Notes under the pieces: model-generated | What the model was told of the DNA's origin: nothing | Database searches by the model: none | Seen by the model: the letters and a program-made list of their open reading frames with translations, nothing else | Part shown: one piece after another, positions 26,225 to 40,379 of the stretch | How positions within the stretch are numbered: the first letter of the stretch is position 1 | Layout: the number at the start of each line of letters is the position of its first letter | NCBI RefSeq assembly: GCF_001194135.2 | Contig: NC_068981.1 | Span: 150,060,351-150,123,927 of the forward strand | From: Octopus bimaculoides | Taxonomy: Eukaryota | Reading direction: 5' to 3' | Length of the DNA stretch: 63,577 nucleotides | Program-made: the position numbers and the translations under genes

Positions 26225-29200
26225 TATATTAAATAAATAATATATTAAACTGTAAGAGAAAAAGTTATGACTCGCGATTTGAAACACGTAATTACCTTCC
26301 CATGAGACCTATTTATATTCTGTCACTTCTCTCTAATTAAATGCACAAATCTATTTTTTATGCAAATTATTTCTTGATTTTTAATCTTTAAGCATTCATA
26401 ACAAATTTGTAAATATTTTAGTATCAGAAATTTTCATTTTCATGCTTAAAAACAATGAATAGAAAGAACCATGTACTTTTTTATGTTTTAGTGTGTATTC
26501 TAAAATATTTGTTATCGCTTAGAAAAAAGACTTTATGATGTAAATTGCTTGTAAATTTGTCAGTTTCGATAAGGAAACAGAGATGCTAATTTTTGTTCTT
26601 TGCTAAACTATGCTATTTTGTTTATCTCCAAAAGATAATTGACTGGTTATTTAGCTAAGCTGGCTAAGTTGTTACTACATATGTAAATCACCTATATTCA
26701 ATTTTGCGCAACGAAATGGGATTATTCCGTATTCCAACAGTGAACCTTTCTACAATTGCTGCACATTTTGCTTTAACTCCACAAGAAGCACAATTGACGC
26801 TCAGCAAGACTTGCATTCTATATTTAGCAATCCCCAATATTATATATATATTCGCATTACCCCCAGATAATTTCATATAATCGTAGCACAAGCTATAACA
26901 ATGATCTTTCCCTCCACTGAAGCTGTACGATCTACCCCTTCACAACATATTGGCGTCATCATGGTCGCCCCTTGCACCATTCTTAATTTGTTCATTCGAT
27001 CTGCTCTAGAGAGACTTAATTTAAGCTTAATGCACTATGTCCCACCCCACCAATAGGCAGCGACTCTATCAGTGCAAGCTATGCTCTTATCACACTCTTT
27101 TAAAAACATTCTCTCTCTCACACACACACACACACACTCTCTCTCTCTTTCTCTCTCCACATACATTCATAAATACATACATACATACATACATATATAC
27201 ATACATACATACATGCATACATATATACGTACGTACGCATGCCCGCACGCACGTACGTACGTATGTATGTATGTACATATATATAACAAGTTTGCCGTTA
27301 TCGTTTGAAATTGAGGCATTATATATAAAATGCCTATGACTTCGAGACAAGATATCAAATAAAATTATCTGTGCACGTTTTCTAGGTATTCATTAATACG
27401 GCTATATGTCAAACTTAATCTTGTACTACAAGCAATCAAAATACGAAAAGTTCTAACAGTTAGTTCTCGCTGCCTGAACACTCATCTACAATTGGTCTTT
27501 CAAAAATTATGTAATAAAAGCCGGACAAATCTTCGCAATATTTTGGCGTCTTCATGGTTGCCCACTACTATATCTGTCGGTCAAACACGACATACAGCTT
27601 ATTAATACAGTTTCAAATCAATTACCAGATTTATACATGCAAACAGCCATTTTAGCATTGCAAGGCATCTCGATGGATAGGCAAATTTCACTGAGCTGTG
27701 TTGTAAAGCAACACTACAGGAACGGAACAGATATTTGTTCAGTGAACTGTTGAGATAAAGTAGCAAACTAAGAAATGGTTTTAAGAAAAACAATGTACTT
27801 TACGTCTGAAATACCATTGAGTTTCAGTCTGCTTCATTAAATAGAAAACTAAATTGATGCAATGTTCTCAGAATACTTACTCTTTGTTTTTTTCAGCAGA
27901 ATTGAATAATAAAATTTCCTTATCATTTTTATTTCTTTTGTTACTATGAATATTTAGGCTCCTTAAATTATACAGATACTTCATTAATAAAGTGTCCAAA
28001 CCCTGTTGTGATTTATGTCAATCTTAAATATAAAGCTAGAGTTTTATTTTTTAGTTGTATGCGTTGGCATTCTATCAAATTCCTTAGGTAAGGTAACTAT
28101 GTTCAGAATGAATTAAACTCATTTTATATTTTGCCAAATTTGCTAGATTATTATGTTGAGTATCAAAAAAAAATCTATTCAATATATTTGTTTTCAAACA
28201 ATGCCAGTGTAACATAGATACACACATATATGCATTCGCACATATATTCATACATAGACACTTATAATTCAAATACACACACACACACACATGTACATAT
28301 ATACGTATATGTGTGTGTGTTTATGTGTGAGTGTATAAACATGATTGCTTTATTTTGTCAGTTGATAGCCGGCTCAAACTCAGACTGATTGTTCTGATTT
28401 ATTATCATCCTTGCGAGTGCACAAGTATAACTTTACAAGCCACGCATCCAAAGCCATAGGACTTGATGAAAATAAAAGCGGTATCAAGCAATGATACATT
28501 GGATATAAATCACAAAAGTTTGCATAACACTTTACCAATCTCTCAGTCGTCATGGTAGCTTCCTGTACGAACACCGCAACATGGTTGGTATTATTTTGAT
28601 TGCAAGTTTAATGTCAGAGTACTTGTCTTCCAAAAGAGCTGCTTCCCCCGCGGCTTTGAGAAAAATACACTCTTAGGGAATCTTTTTAATGCATAGATTG
28701 GAGTTATGGTATTTAAAACATGACTGCACTCTCCCAGAACACTCGAAATGGAGCCTCATCACCGGATGCAGTTTAATGTCATACCCAGAACAATGCATAA
28801 GCATTCATACACATATGCATACGTAATTTTATATGTACATTAGCTATTTAATTCATCAATTAAATATTCTCTGTTTCTTGTAGAATATCTTATTACGTCC
28901 TTTTATCAGATTTTTGGCAGTCTGTTCATCGGTCTAGAGAGGTTTGAATAGGTTGCTTATGGGACGGGTAGAATAATTCCGTCATAGCGTTTATTATATC
29001 TTATTCTATGGTATATGTCTTTATTCTTTGATCTGTTGTCTACGATATACAGGCGTTGATAGAGCGCTAAGCTATGTTAGTTGGTCTGCATTTCCAGCAT
29101 TACTGAAGTGTGATCTGCATACTTACTGAAAATTACCGGCTATACATTTCTGTTGACATCTGACATCAGGTTGAAGAATTGCGTAATAAGTAAATTTAAA

Positions 29201-30539
29201 TTTTTCGTTCATGAAGAATCGATTCCATTACAAGATACAATTACATTATTATGTAGATAATTGTTTTCCAACAAATTAATTGACAGTAGGCATTTCCACT
29301 TTCCGAGGGAGTGACGTCAGACTAGTGGATAAAATTATATTGATATCATTCCAGATTTTTAGACATAATTGGAAGATTTTAATANNNNNNNNNNNNNNNN
29401 NNNNNNNNNNNNNNNNNNNNNNNNNNNNNNNNNNNNNNNNNNNNNNNNNNNNNNNNNNNNNNNNNNNNNNNNNNNNNNNNNNNNNNNNNNNNNNNNNNNN
29501 NNNNNNNNNNNNNNNNNNNNNNNNNNNNNNNNNNNNNNNNNNNNNNNNNNNNNNNNNNNNNNNNNNNNNNNNNNNNNNNNNNNNNNNNNNNNNNNNNNNN
29601 NNNNNNNNNNNNNNNNNNNNNNNNNTATTTATTTATATATCAAATACACACAACATACATAAAGATACGTAAATATAAAATCGTTTTTCTCCTTTTTTAT
29701 TATCTATCCCACACATTCACGTGATCTCCATCGAGGAGTGAAACATATTCCGGTAAAAAAAAAAATTAAATGACTTTTTAAAAATTTTCTCAATAAACAT
29801 TTGTCCTTTGATAGTAATAAAATTAATCTTTCAAAGATAGATAAACAACAGTGAAGCAATTATTTGCTAGATACTAAAAAGTTTACATAAATATTCGAAG
29901 GAAAAATACTTATAATTCTCTTATATTGTTTATTAAATTCATTTCACAATTTGTTCTATTTTAATGGTCACTGTATTAACTATAACATTCACTTAGCTGT
30001 GTTTTGTTTTAATATCAACGATTTATTTTCACGCATTACATTATCCAACTTAAGAATGTTTTCCGTCATTTCTTTGCTAAGCACAGTGACTGCTTTTGCT
30101 TCTGTGAGGAGATCTGAGAAAACTCTAAGTATGTCGGTAATTGTCACGCTTATTTCAAAACCATTTCTCAAATATTTTAAGTCATTCGAAAATTCTGTTT
30201 TTCCACTCAAGTATTCTAAATTAGCTTTTTAGTATTCTCAGCATTAAATGTTTTGCAATAATCTAACGTCTCTTCAGTTGATATTAGTAGCTACCTCATT
30301 TCTTTTATCTGATGTTTTTATTCTTTGTATTGCTATATTTCATCTTTCCATTTGAAATTAAAAAGAAAATACACGTGCGCGCGCACACACACACACTCAC
30401 ACACATTTGTGAAAAGTTCGTACAATACATTCCGCGTGGTAATAGTACAAAATACAAAAGATGGAAAATGCACATTAATTTTAATAACAATTACTGATTG
30501 CCTCCCCGAAAATTTATATGCCTTCCGATTCATTATCAA

Positions 30540-30870
30540 ATAATTTAAGGACAAAGATTCAAACTTGTGACTGAATTTACCTGTGCGCCCAAAAAGTTAA
30601 TCGACATCATAATTTGCTCAGCATGTGAACACAACGATATTGGGCAAACGAGAAAGTCGCTCAGACGGAGAACAATACTGCATAGGGACAAAATCCATTT
30701 GCCAAGATATAGATAAATTCCGTTAAGCAAACACAGAGAGATGTGGGAGAATATCCAACCAAGCTTCAAAATTTTTCCCTATATGCTAATGCAATAGAAA
30801 AACTTCTGTAAAACAGGTGACGAATAAAGAGACTACATTTTATTTTTAAAAATCAACCGCGCCTAAATGT
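30540..30870 (+). mobile_element. Penelope-like GIY-YIG endonuclease remnant
   Basis: EFTCAPKKLIDIIICSACEHNDIGQTRKSLRRRTILHR resembles the GIY-YIG motif (NLIY...C..C...YIGQT) with the PLE Cys spacing. Confidence 0.75.
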
Positions 30871-31139
30871 AAACATACAATCGATATGTAAGTATTTTAG
30901 TTCATATAATCGATTAACTTTCCCTAAGTAATGGTTGTGGGGTAAATTGTCTCTTCTGCTTCTAATAATTGTAATCAGTGATTAACTCTCCTACAATTTA
31001 TTTATCTTTCGATTCATTTGCAATATATCAATTCTACTAATATGGAATGAAAAATTATTATGATAGCATGAAATTAAAACACTATCACTAACTACTAAGT
31101 CGTGATTAGCATTAGAATAAACGGTCACCAATGTAAATA

Positions 31140-32160
31140 TCTTATTTCATATATATACATTACCACAGATATATATTACAAACACACAGACACACACCAA
31201 TACTTGAACTTTAAATCGTGCCATCCACCCCATACAAAACTCAACATACCATGCTGCCTAGCCAGGAGAATATGTACTATTGTAGAGGATATAGAGACCA
31301 GAAATCAACGCCTGATGGAACTGAAAGAATTTCTGCTGAAGCAAAAATACCCATCACGACTCATAGAAAATGGTATTCAGCGGGCTTCGAAAATACCCAT
31401 ACAACAACTGAGGACACCGCAAAGAAAAGACAAACAGGAAAAGATCATTCCATTTATAGTGACACAAAATCCATGCCACCAGAACATCTTTAATATCGCC
31501 AAAGCGAACTTACNNNNNNNNNNNNNNNNNNNNNNNNNNNNNNNNNNNNNNNNNNNNNNNNNNNNNNNNNNNNNNNNNNNNNNNNNNNNNNNNNNNNNNN
31601 NNNNNNNNNNNNNNNNNNNNNNNNNNNNNNNNNNNNNNNNNNNNNNNNNNNNNNNNNNNNNNNNNNNNNNNNNNNNNNNNNNNNNNNNNNNNNNNNNNNN
31701 NNNNNNNNNNNNNNNNNNNNNNNNNNNNNNNNNNNNNNNNNNNNNNNNNNNNNNNNNNNNNNNNNNNNNNNNNNNNNNNNNNNNNNNNNNNNNNNNNNNN
31801 NNNNNNNNNNNNNNNNNNNNNNNNNNNNNNNNNNNNNNNNNNNNNNNNNNNNNNNNNNNNNNNNNNNNNNNNNNNNNNNNNNNNNNNNNNNNNNNNNNNN
31901 NNNNNNNNNNNNNNNNNNNNNNNNNNNNNNNNNNNNNNNNNNNNNNNNNNNNNNNNNNNNNNNNNNNNNNNNNNNNNNNNNNNNNNNNNNNNNNNNNNNN
32001 NNNNNNNNNNNNNNNNNNNNNNNNNNNNNNNNNNNNNNNNNNNNNAAAGGAATTGGTATAAAAGACAGAAAACCAGCCAACTTATTACAGTCTGTTAAAG
32101 TTTGTCATACCGGCCATGACGAAGGGAAATAGCCCTGAAACTCGAGTCGCCTTTATATAT
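31140..32160 (+). mobile_element. Penelope-like element 3' portion (RT thumb/linker, N gap, terminal repeat with hammerhead motif)
   Basis: Stop-free TDIYYKHTDTHQYLNFKSCHPPHTKLNIPCCLARRICTIV...LLKQKYPSRLIENGI, typical of the PLE RT C-terminus. Confidence 0.9.
32112..32151 (+). ncRNA. Minimal type-I hammerhead ribozyme motif (variant core)
   Basis: GGC-CATGACGA-AGGG(AAATAG)CCCT-GAAA-C(TCGA)G-TC^GCC: three helices and a GUC cleavage triplet; the core has an extra A relative to CUGANGA. Confidence 0.6.
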
Positions 32161-33031
32161 TTATATTTATATATTTGATCCTTTATATTGAACACTCAAT
32201 ATATCATCTACATTCAATACTTTCTTTCATGGTGCCATCCATTTTTATTTTATTTTATTTTATATTATATATTGTATATTATATTATATATTGTATATTC
32301 CATATTCTATACCCCACATTGGTTCTGCAGGAATATAAATAACACATAAAAAACAGACAGTGTTGGAACTCTTATAAACAAAATAATATATTACTCTATA
32401 CACAATCATACAAAAAAAAACTTTTTTGTATTTATTTTTACTCGCATATATATATTATATAATTAATTAATCAAAATAAGCAACAGGATATCGAGTAATA
32501 ATGCAGTATGACCGTTTCAAGCGGATCCTTTTAATTGAACAATGCAATCATTACATCAGTTTAAATTTTAATGCTATCTTCAGTTTCACAAAATATGGAA
32601 TTTTTAACAAGTAGGACCCATTAATGTAAGTTTTCTTGAATATTTGAATGACCAGACTTAACCATGAGCTGTCAACTCACTCTTGTTCTTTATACAAAAT
32701 AGACACAGTCATCTAGTCTCAGATTTAATAGATGATAAAGAGGTAAATAAATTAGAAATTATTTAACCCCCACGATCATATGACCCCATTATGCTCCGTG
32801 CGATTCTAAGAAATTGTAGTCTATTCTTAGCTACTTTGCTACAATAGCGACAACATGAATTTTTTCCATCTTCTTACTCTGGTAAAATATTTCAGAAAAA
32901 TTATATTAATGTGTCCAACTTGTCAAAAGATTCTGTATTTTGTGCAGCAGAAGATAGCACTGCATTTAAATTGATGTAAGCAGAGTTGCTTGAAACGGTC
33001 GTACTGCATTACTACTCGATATCCGGATGCT

Positions 33032-33237
33032 TAAGGTGGCTAGCTAGCAGAAACGTTAGTACCCTGGGAGAAATGCTTAGCGGTTTTTACGTTCTGAGTT
33101 CAAATTCCGCCGAGGTTGACTTTGCCTTTCATCCTTTCGGGCTCGATAAATTAAGTACCAGTTGCGTACTGGAACCGATCTAATCGACTGGTTCCCTCCC
33201 CCAAAATTTCGGGCCCTGTGCCTAGAGTAGTAAAGGA
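33032..33237 (+). mobile_element. SINE family C
   Basis: High similarity to 56538-56750, including GAGTTCAAATTCC. Confidence 0.9.
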
Positions 33238-33839
33238 TATCCTGTTGCTTATTTTCATTTTATTCACTTTACTTCGAGCTTTCGAACTGTGTGGATAGTA
33301 CCGGACTGACTTGGTGCTTCAACTTAAGTACCCAACTCAAGTGAATCTTAATTATTTCTCATACACACACACACACACACATATATANNNNNNNNNNNNN
33401 NNNNNNNNNNNNNNNNNNNNNNNNNNNNNNNNNNNNNNNNNNNNNNNNNNNNNNNNNNNNNNNNNNNNNNNNNNNNNNNNNNNNNNNNNNNNNNNNNNNN
33501 NNNNNNNNNNNNNNNNNNNNNNNNNNNNNNNNNNNNNNNNNNNNNNNNNNNNNNNNNNNNNNNNNNNNNNNNNNNNNNNNNNNNNNNNNNNNNNNNNNNN
33601 NNNNNNNNNNNNNNNNNNNNNNNNNNNNNNNNNNNNNNNNNNNNNNNNNNNNNNNNNNNNNNNNNNNNNNNNNNNNNNNNNNNNNNNNNNNNNNNNNNNN
33701 NNNNNNNNNNNNNNNNNNNNNNNNNNNNNNNNNNNNNNNNNNNNNNNNNNNNNNNNNNNNNNNNNNNNNNNNNNNNNNNNNNNNNNNNNNNNNNNNNNNN
33801 NNNNNNNNNNNNNNNNNNNNNNNNNNNNNTAAAGATATA

Positions 33840-33879
<40 letters not shown>

Positions 33880-35849
33880 GAATCGAAGCAGACGAATTGA
33901 AGGAAGTTGTTTATTCCATCAAGTATAGTAACTGTTTTTTACAGACACATCAGTTGGGAACGACTGAAAATGATACATTGAAAAGATACAATTTCAAAAA
34001 GTACATAGCTAAAATGGAGAATATGAAGGATGAATTTTCATGTTTTATGTTATGATAATTTGTCATTTAGACATTTTGTGGAGTATGCAGAAACGGAATA
34101 CAGTTGCAAGTAACACAAATCCGGTATACAGGAGCAAACACCATGACATTCCTCCGCATTAACCACTGAAGTAAACGATATACAGATGGAAACGAGCAAA
34201 AGGCAAAATTCTACCTCATCGCAGCACCAAGAAATAGAGACCTGAAAATACAATAGAAAGTCATAAAGAGGAGATAGAGGAATAAGTGCTGTTAAAATAA
34301 TCACCAACAATTAAATGCCGACTATCAAGAGGAAGCGAAAAACAAAAGCTGAGATTCTCGATATCGTGTTAATAGCAAATAAATACGGTGTCTAAGCCAT
34401 TGGTTATGCAAAACCTTGTCAGTGAGTAATAAATGTACAGTAAGGAAGCAGTCATACCGGAAAAACTGTGTAGCTGCAGAGAATCAAAATCGTGTTATAG
34501 TTTGAATTAAAAAAAACACATATTACATCTTATGGTGGTTCTACTTAGTAATACAAAGACGTATTTGGATTGATTTTAATGCTTTCTGTAGCTCAGATTT
34601 TCTTTACTATTTTAAATGTATCCCCCCCCCCCACACACTCACACCTTTTAAGCAAATTTTTATTAACTGACATCTAACATTTGTGTTTAGAGTAAAAAAA
34701 ATCTTCGTGCTTTTACCTGTCTCTTTTCAAAGTTCGTTTTTCCAGCGTTCACCACTTCACATTATCTTGGCTTAACAGCCCTCACCGTTTGTTTTTACTG
34801 TTTTGTTCACACTGTCCTGTTTATGTTACCACTTTCACCCTCCGCAAAATATCCCNNNNNNNNNNNNNNNNNNNNNNNNNNNNNNNNNNNNNNNNNNNNN
34901 NNNNNNNNNNNNNNNNNNNNNNNNNNNNNNNNNNNNNNNNNNNNNNNNNNNNNNNNNNNNNNNNNNNNNNNNNNNNNNNNNNNNNNNNNNNNNNNNNNNN
35001 NNNNNNNNNNNNNNNNNNNNNNNNNNNNNNNNNNNNNNNNNNNNNNNNNNNNNNNNNNNNNNNNNNNNNNNNNNNNNNNNNNNNNNNNNNNNNNNNNNNN
35101 NNNNNNNNNNNNNNNNNNNNNNNNNNNNNNNNNNNNNNNNNNNNNNNNNNNNNNNNNNNNNNNNNNNNNNNNNNNNNNNNNNNNNNNNNNNNNNNNNNNN
35201 NNNNNNNNNNNNNNNNNNNNNNNNNNNNNNNNNNNNNNNNNNNNNNNNNNNNNNNATATATATATATATATATACATATATTATATATATTAGTAAATAT
35301 GTATGTGCATTTGTATATAAATGTGATAATAAATTTAAAGAAAAAGAACTTAGTGCAATAACGAAGGACAATAGTGTCGTGTACAATATATAAATTTAAT
35401 AACTGGATTATCTCTTCAGCTATATTTCAACTAACAGTGTTACCGTTACCGGATCTTCAGATAATATATGAAATTTATCTTTTCATGTTAAATGCTAAAT
35501 TCATAATAAAGATAAGCTTATTTTCTTTATTGCTTGAATTGACTATCACTTTTTCCGAATTATCTCTTAGTTTATGGGAAATTATATCTGAGTTTTACTT
35601 ACATATAATTACACTCGTCAATATATCTCTGTTTGAATTTACCTGTCTACCTTTGCATTGTAAAATACGTATATGATAGTTTCTATAACCAAGTATATTT
35701 GTGTGCATTTGAAAGAACAAGGCAATATAATATCGTATATTAGTCATTGTGTTTTTCTTGTTTATTACCTCTTAGATAGTTTACCTGGACAACGATAAGT
35801 TAATTGAAAAATGTTTGCAACCAGAGGGATGTTACTCAAACTGGCACTT

Positions 35850-36110
35850 CATGAGTTATGACGACTGGGGTTCCAGATGATCAGATCAACGGAACAGCCT
35901 AGTCGTGAAATTAACTTGCAAGTGGCTGAGCACTCCACAGACACGTATACACTTACCGTAGTTCTCGTGTAGATTTAGTGTGTCACAAAGTGTGAGAAGG
36001 TTGTTCTTTTTTAATACATGTATAACTAATTTTTTGCCAGCAACGTGAAATGAAGACACAACACACTACCGGGAATCAATCTCACGACCACTAAGCCACG
36101 CTCCTTCGCC
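35850..36110 (-). mobile_element. SINE family A, diverged and internally deleted
   Basis: GATCAACGGAACAGCCT...GTGGCTGAGCACTCCACAGACAC shared with the 60300 copy. Confidence 0.75.
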
Positions 36111-36167
36111 AGGGATGTTACTCTAGCATTAGTGTCTCACATCACAATTTGATATTTTCTATCTAAA

Positions 36168-36200
<33 letters not shown>

Positions 36201-36203
<3 letters not shown>

Positions 36204-36632
36204 GAGGCCTAATGAATAAGAATCCGGACAGTTGCTATAGTAACGGAGCTAAAGCACGCTGATTGAATCCGCTTGTCGCAGATTGACCTTGAACTCTGGT
36301 ATGCGTGCGCAGTACGTTCTAACATTCTAGCTCACTTCCGCTGTTTACACTAGTGCTTGGAAGGAAGGTGTGTAGCGTGTGATCGTCGCACTGACCATGG
36401 CAGAGAAAGTTGTCATGGCGATACCTGCTCAGAGGTCTATGCAAAGTAGTCGAAAGTGTATAGACAGGAGTGTATGAGCCACACACAAGTGTACGAGTGG
36501 TTCAGATGTTTCCAAGATGGCTGAAAAAATGTCGATATTGCCGATCGCTCTGGGAGACCAGCAACCAGCAGAACTGAGAAAAACATCGCAGATGTGCATG
36601 CAGCTGTGAGGGGAAATCGTCGAATCACCTTC
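36201..36632 (+). mobile_element. Mariner transposon 5' portion, inserted at (TA)n
   Basis: TA-CGAGG TIR-like start; CMSHTQVYEWFRCFQDG*KNVDIADRSGRPATSRTEKNIADVHAAVRGNRRIT (mariner HTH region). Confidence 0.85.
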
Positions 36633-37545
36633 ATGAATTATCATATACTAATACAACACTATTTATACGCAAAGCGATATTCACTCTAACATTGTTACAC
36701 TATCTTCGTTAATTCTCCTGCGTGAATAAAAGAAACTGCACAGGACCGTATCTATAATTTTTCTAATTTAAAACGTGTCCTGACTGTATATCCCAATGTA
36801 TGCTGAACAGGTCTAAGCTGGAGCAAACTACGTCGAGTCGCCTCGATATTGTGAATACCGAATCACATTGTGAATCCAATATATCATTTGAACTTACCTC
36901 AACATAGTAGCTTGTATTCTGTCTGCCTTTTGGGATAGCAAGAGACCATAACCCCTGTAATGTCCTCCATTGATTACGCAGGAATATTTTTTGTGTATCA
37001 TCCATAAAATATAAATTCCAATTACATTTTTTAAATTTCCGTAAAATGTCTAAGATCCACTAATTAAGGATTACTTTATTGGCATGAATAGAGATTTTGT
37101 TTATCCCCATTCGGTAGCAGTATGGAATTTTGCAAAAACAAAATATATAGCAATACAGTAGGTGTTTTCTTAACAATGGATACTAATCAACTATGTCAGA
37201 TCATGTGAATGTACATTCTCGTTTGTCAATGATGTATTTAAATCAATATATATCACATATTCTTTCAATGCACAAGACTTGGATTGTGTTTATAGTAATT
37301 TTATATCGTATCTAATATTATTCGTTCAAGCAAAGTGGCCGGCTTGATATTTAGGACAATAACTCCAAGTTCGATAACAAACGCAATAATTTAAATTTAG
37401 AGTATAAGGGTATATAAACAACGCAGATATATTTGGTCACTACTTAAGTGTTAGTTTCGTTGCTCTCTTATGAACTTATCCTATCAATTGCTGAGAATTA
37501 AAACATTTGGTTAGATATCCATCCACCCATCCATCCATTGATCCA

Positions 37546-37597
<52 letters not shown>

Positions 37598-38161
37598 NNN
37601 NNNNNNNNNNNNNNNNNNNNNNNNNNNNNNNNNNNNNNNNNNNNNNNNNNNNNNNNNNNNNNNNNNNNNNNNNNNNNNNNNNNNNNNNNNNNNNNNNNNN
37701 NNNNNNNNNNNNNNNNNNNNNNNNNNNNNNNNNNNNNNNNNNNNNNNNNNNNNNNNNNNNNNNNNNNNNNNNNNNNNNNNNNNNNNNNNNNNNNNNNNNN
37801 NNNNNNNNNNNNNNNNNNNNNNNNNNNNNNNNNNNNNNNNNNNNNNNNNNNNNNNNNNNNNNNNNNNNNNNNNNNNNNNNNNNNNNNNNNNNNNNNNNNN
37901 NNNNNNNNNNNNNNNNNNNNNNNNNNNNNNNNNNNNNNNNNNNNNNNNNNNNNNNNNNNNNNNNNNNNNNNNNNNNNNNNNNNNNNNNNNNNNNNNNNNN
38001 NNNNNNNNNNNNNNNNNNNNNNNNNNNNNNNNNNNNNNNNNNNNNNNNNNNNNNNNNNNNNNNNNNNNNNNNNNNNNNNNNNNNNNNNNNNNNNNNNNNN
38101 NNNNNNNNNNNNNNNNNNNNNNNNNNNNNNNNNNNNNNNNNNNNNNNNNNNNNNNNNNNNN

Positions 38162-38194
<33 letters not shown>

Positions 38195-38399
38195 ACAGAA
38201 AAACACGTGCTACACTAAACTAAAAATAGTTCACATAGCAAAACAAATTCAAACATCCTTGGTTGAACTATTCCCCAGTTGAAAAATATTAAATATCGAG
38301 AATATCAAATATCAATGAGTAAAGGATGTCCTGAGGATTAAAGGAGAGAGATACAAGGTATCAAAATTCAAAATTATCTACATTCAGTCAGAGAATAAT

Positions 38400-38960
38400 T
38401 TTGAAAAAAATCATTTATCAAATAAAGTAGGTAGTGCACCGCACTATATTATCAAAGTCAATGAGAAATGCATCTAATCAAACAAACATAACGCCATAAA
38501 GAAAATTAACATAGACAAATAGATTAGATCGAAACATGAAATACAACACAAAATAGAACCATAGCGCCAAAATGACAAGTATTTTACTTTCGAAGATTAC
38601 AGATACTACTTACAAATTGAACCATCTGCCTGATTGATAAACTTGACAAAATCCGATATAACTGAAATCGGCAAAAACATTTTAGATAGAAACCTCCCAA
38701 AATATAATTTTTTGCAAACGCTACCACTTCATAAAAAAACAAAACGCATGTCTTCATATGTTTAAACTATATAGGGAACAGAGAATGAAATAGGTTTTTT
38801 ACAGCTAAATTTAAAAAAGAACATTACAAACATTCTCCAAAGAAATATATGTTCATCAAACCATCATCCATGTAAAATCAATAATCAATATTGCTAAACA
38901 CGGAAAAGCAATCATATAGCAAGTGTTGACAATAATTATAAGCTACAGCTAATCTATATG
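38400..38960 (+). mobile_element. Old Penelope-like RT N-terminal remnant
   Basis: LINLTKSDITEIGKNILDRNLP resembles the PLE motif RLINPxKSxIGxISKxILD. Confidence 0.55.
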
Positions 38961-39429
38961 AACTAAACAAAAACTAATAACCTTATTGAGGTCAGTGTGT
39001 ATGTAGAAGTATGCGCGATTTAATATGGTCTTAAATATACATATATATTATATATTTGTATATATGTATGTATATATATAATATATATATTTGTGTATAT
39101 ATGTATACATAATATATATATATATGTTTGCATAAATAATTTGTGTGTGTGTATATACATAGATTTGTATATGCATGTATGTTTTTATATAAAAAGGTGT
39201 ATAAAATATATAACACCTATTTCTAATAAATCAATTGGAAATTTGCTAAAACAATTAAACCTTCCATAAGCCAACTAAAAGACAACTTAAACTAAAATTC
39301 CAAAAGATGTGACTTAGAAAGTAGCTAACTTTATTTGTGTATACTTCGGCAAAATATTAAACCTTAAATTATTATATAGTATTAAATCGGAAACCCATTG
39401 AATCTTTATATCAGATGCGCTAACAATAT

Positions 39430-39489
<60 letters not shown>

Positions 39490-39490
39490 T
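39430..39490. repeat. (GATA)n microsatellite
   Basis: Direct reading. Confidence 0.97.
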
Positions 39491-40379
39491 GCATGCATAT
39501 ATGTATGTATATGAGTATAATGAGTAAAAGGGAGATAGAAATATGGAGATATGAGTTAAACCGAGTCAAATCGATTGTGTGAGTATTTTGTGTTCATCTG
39601 TGCATACGCTCGTGCATTCGCATACATACATGATTCGCATGTGCACACAAACATGCACAGAACACACACAAACACATAAATACACAAAAGTACAAACACA
39701 CGCATGAATAAATAAGCATCAGCAAGAAACAAAACAAAACATGAATCTGCCGAAGGGTATGATAATAAAAGAGTTAGAAACAAATTAATAGGAGCATTTT
39801 TTTTTTAATTATCGCTGAAACAATCTGGGTTTGTACATTTTAGTTTAGAATGATTGATTTCCATCCAGTTGAAAGTTTATAAAGGATTAGAATACGAGGA
39901 AATTCAGATGACTCAAAAGTTTGTAAGATTAAGACATTCATAGAGATAATTTTTGCTTAGGCGGTTGTTTTAAATGATATCTCTATGGTAAATTAACGGA
40001 AGATTGCTATAATGATAGTAGCAAATCGATAATAAGAATCGAAACACCAGGTGGAAATGAGAATGAATCCTTTTAGAAGCAGAAATAAATAACCAATATA
40101 TACATATATGTGCGCCTGTGAGTGTGTGTGTGTATGTATGTATGTATGTGTATATCTATCTATCTATCTATCTTGTAAAATGTAAAAGAGTCAAAAGGAA
40201 GAGTAAGTACGGTTAGGCAGCTTTTTAATCGTTACAGATGTTTCGATACATACAGATCCTCGTATATACAGGATTTAAAGTTTAAATTAAATTATCTAAC
40301 GATTTACCTGTATAAGAAGATCTATATGTATCTCCTCAGGCAATACTCAGTTGCTGTCTCCGTAAGCAAAATTCAGATT

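Noticed and set aside
29951-30232. Overlapping ORFs on both strands with a coiled-coil-like minus-strand peptide
   Set aside because: No recognisable domain or splice evidence; short ORFs like this are expected by chance
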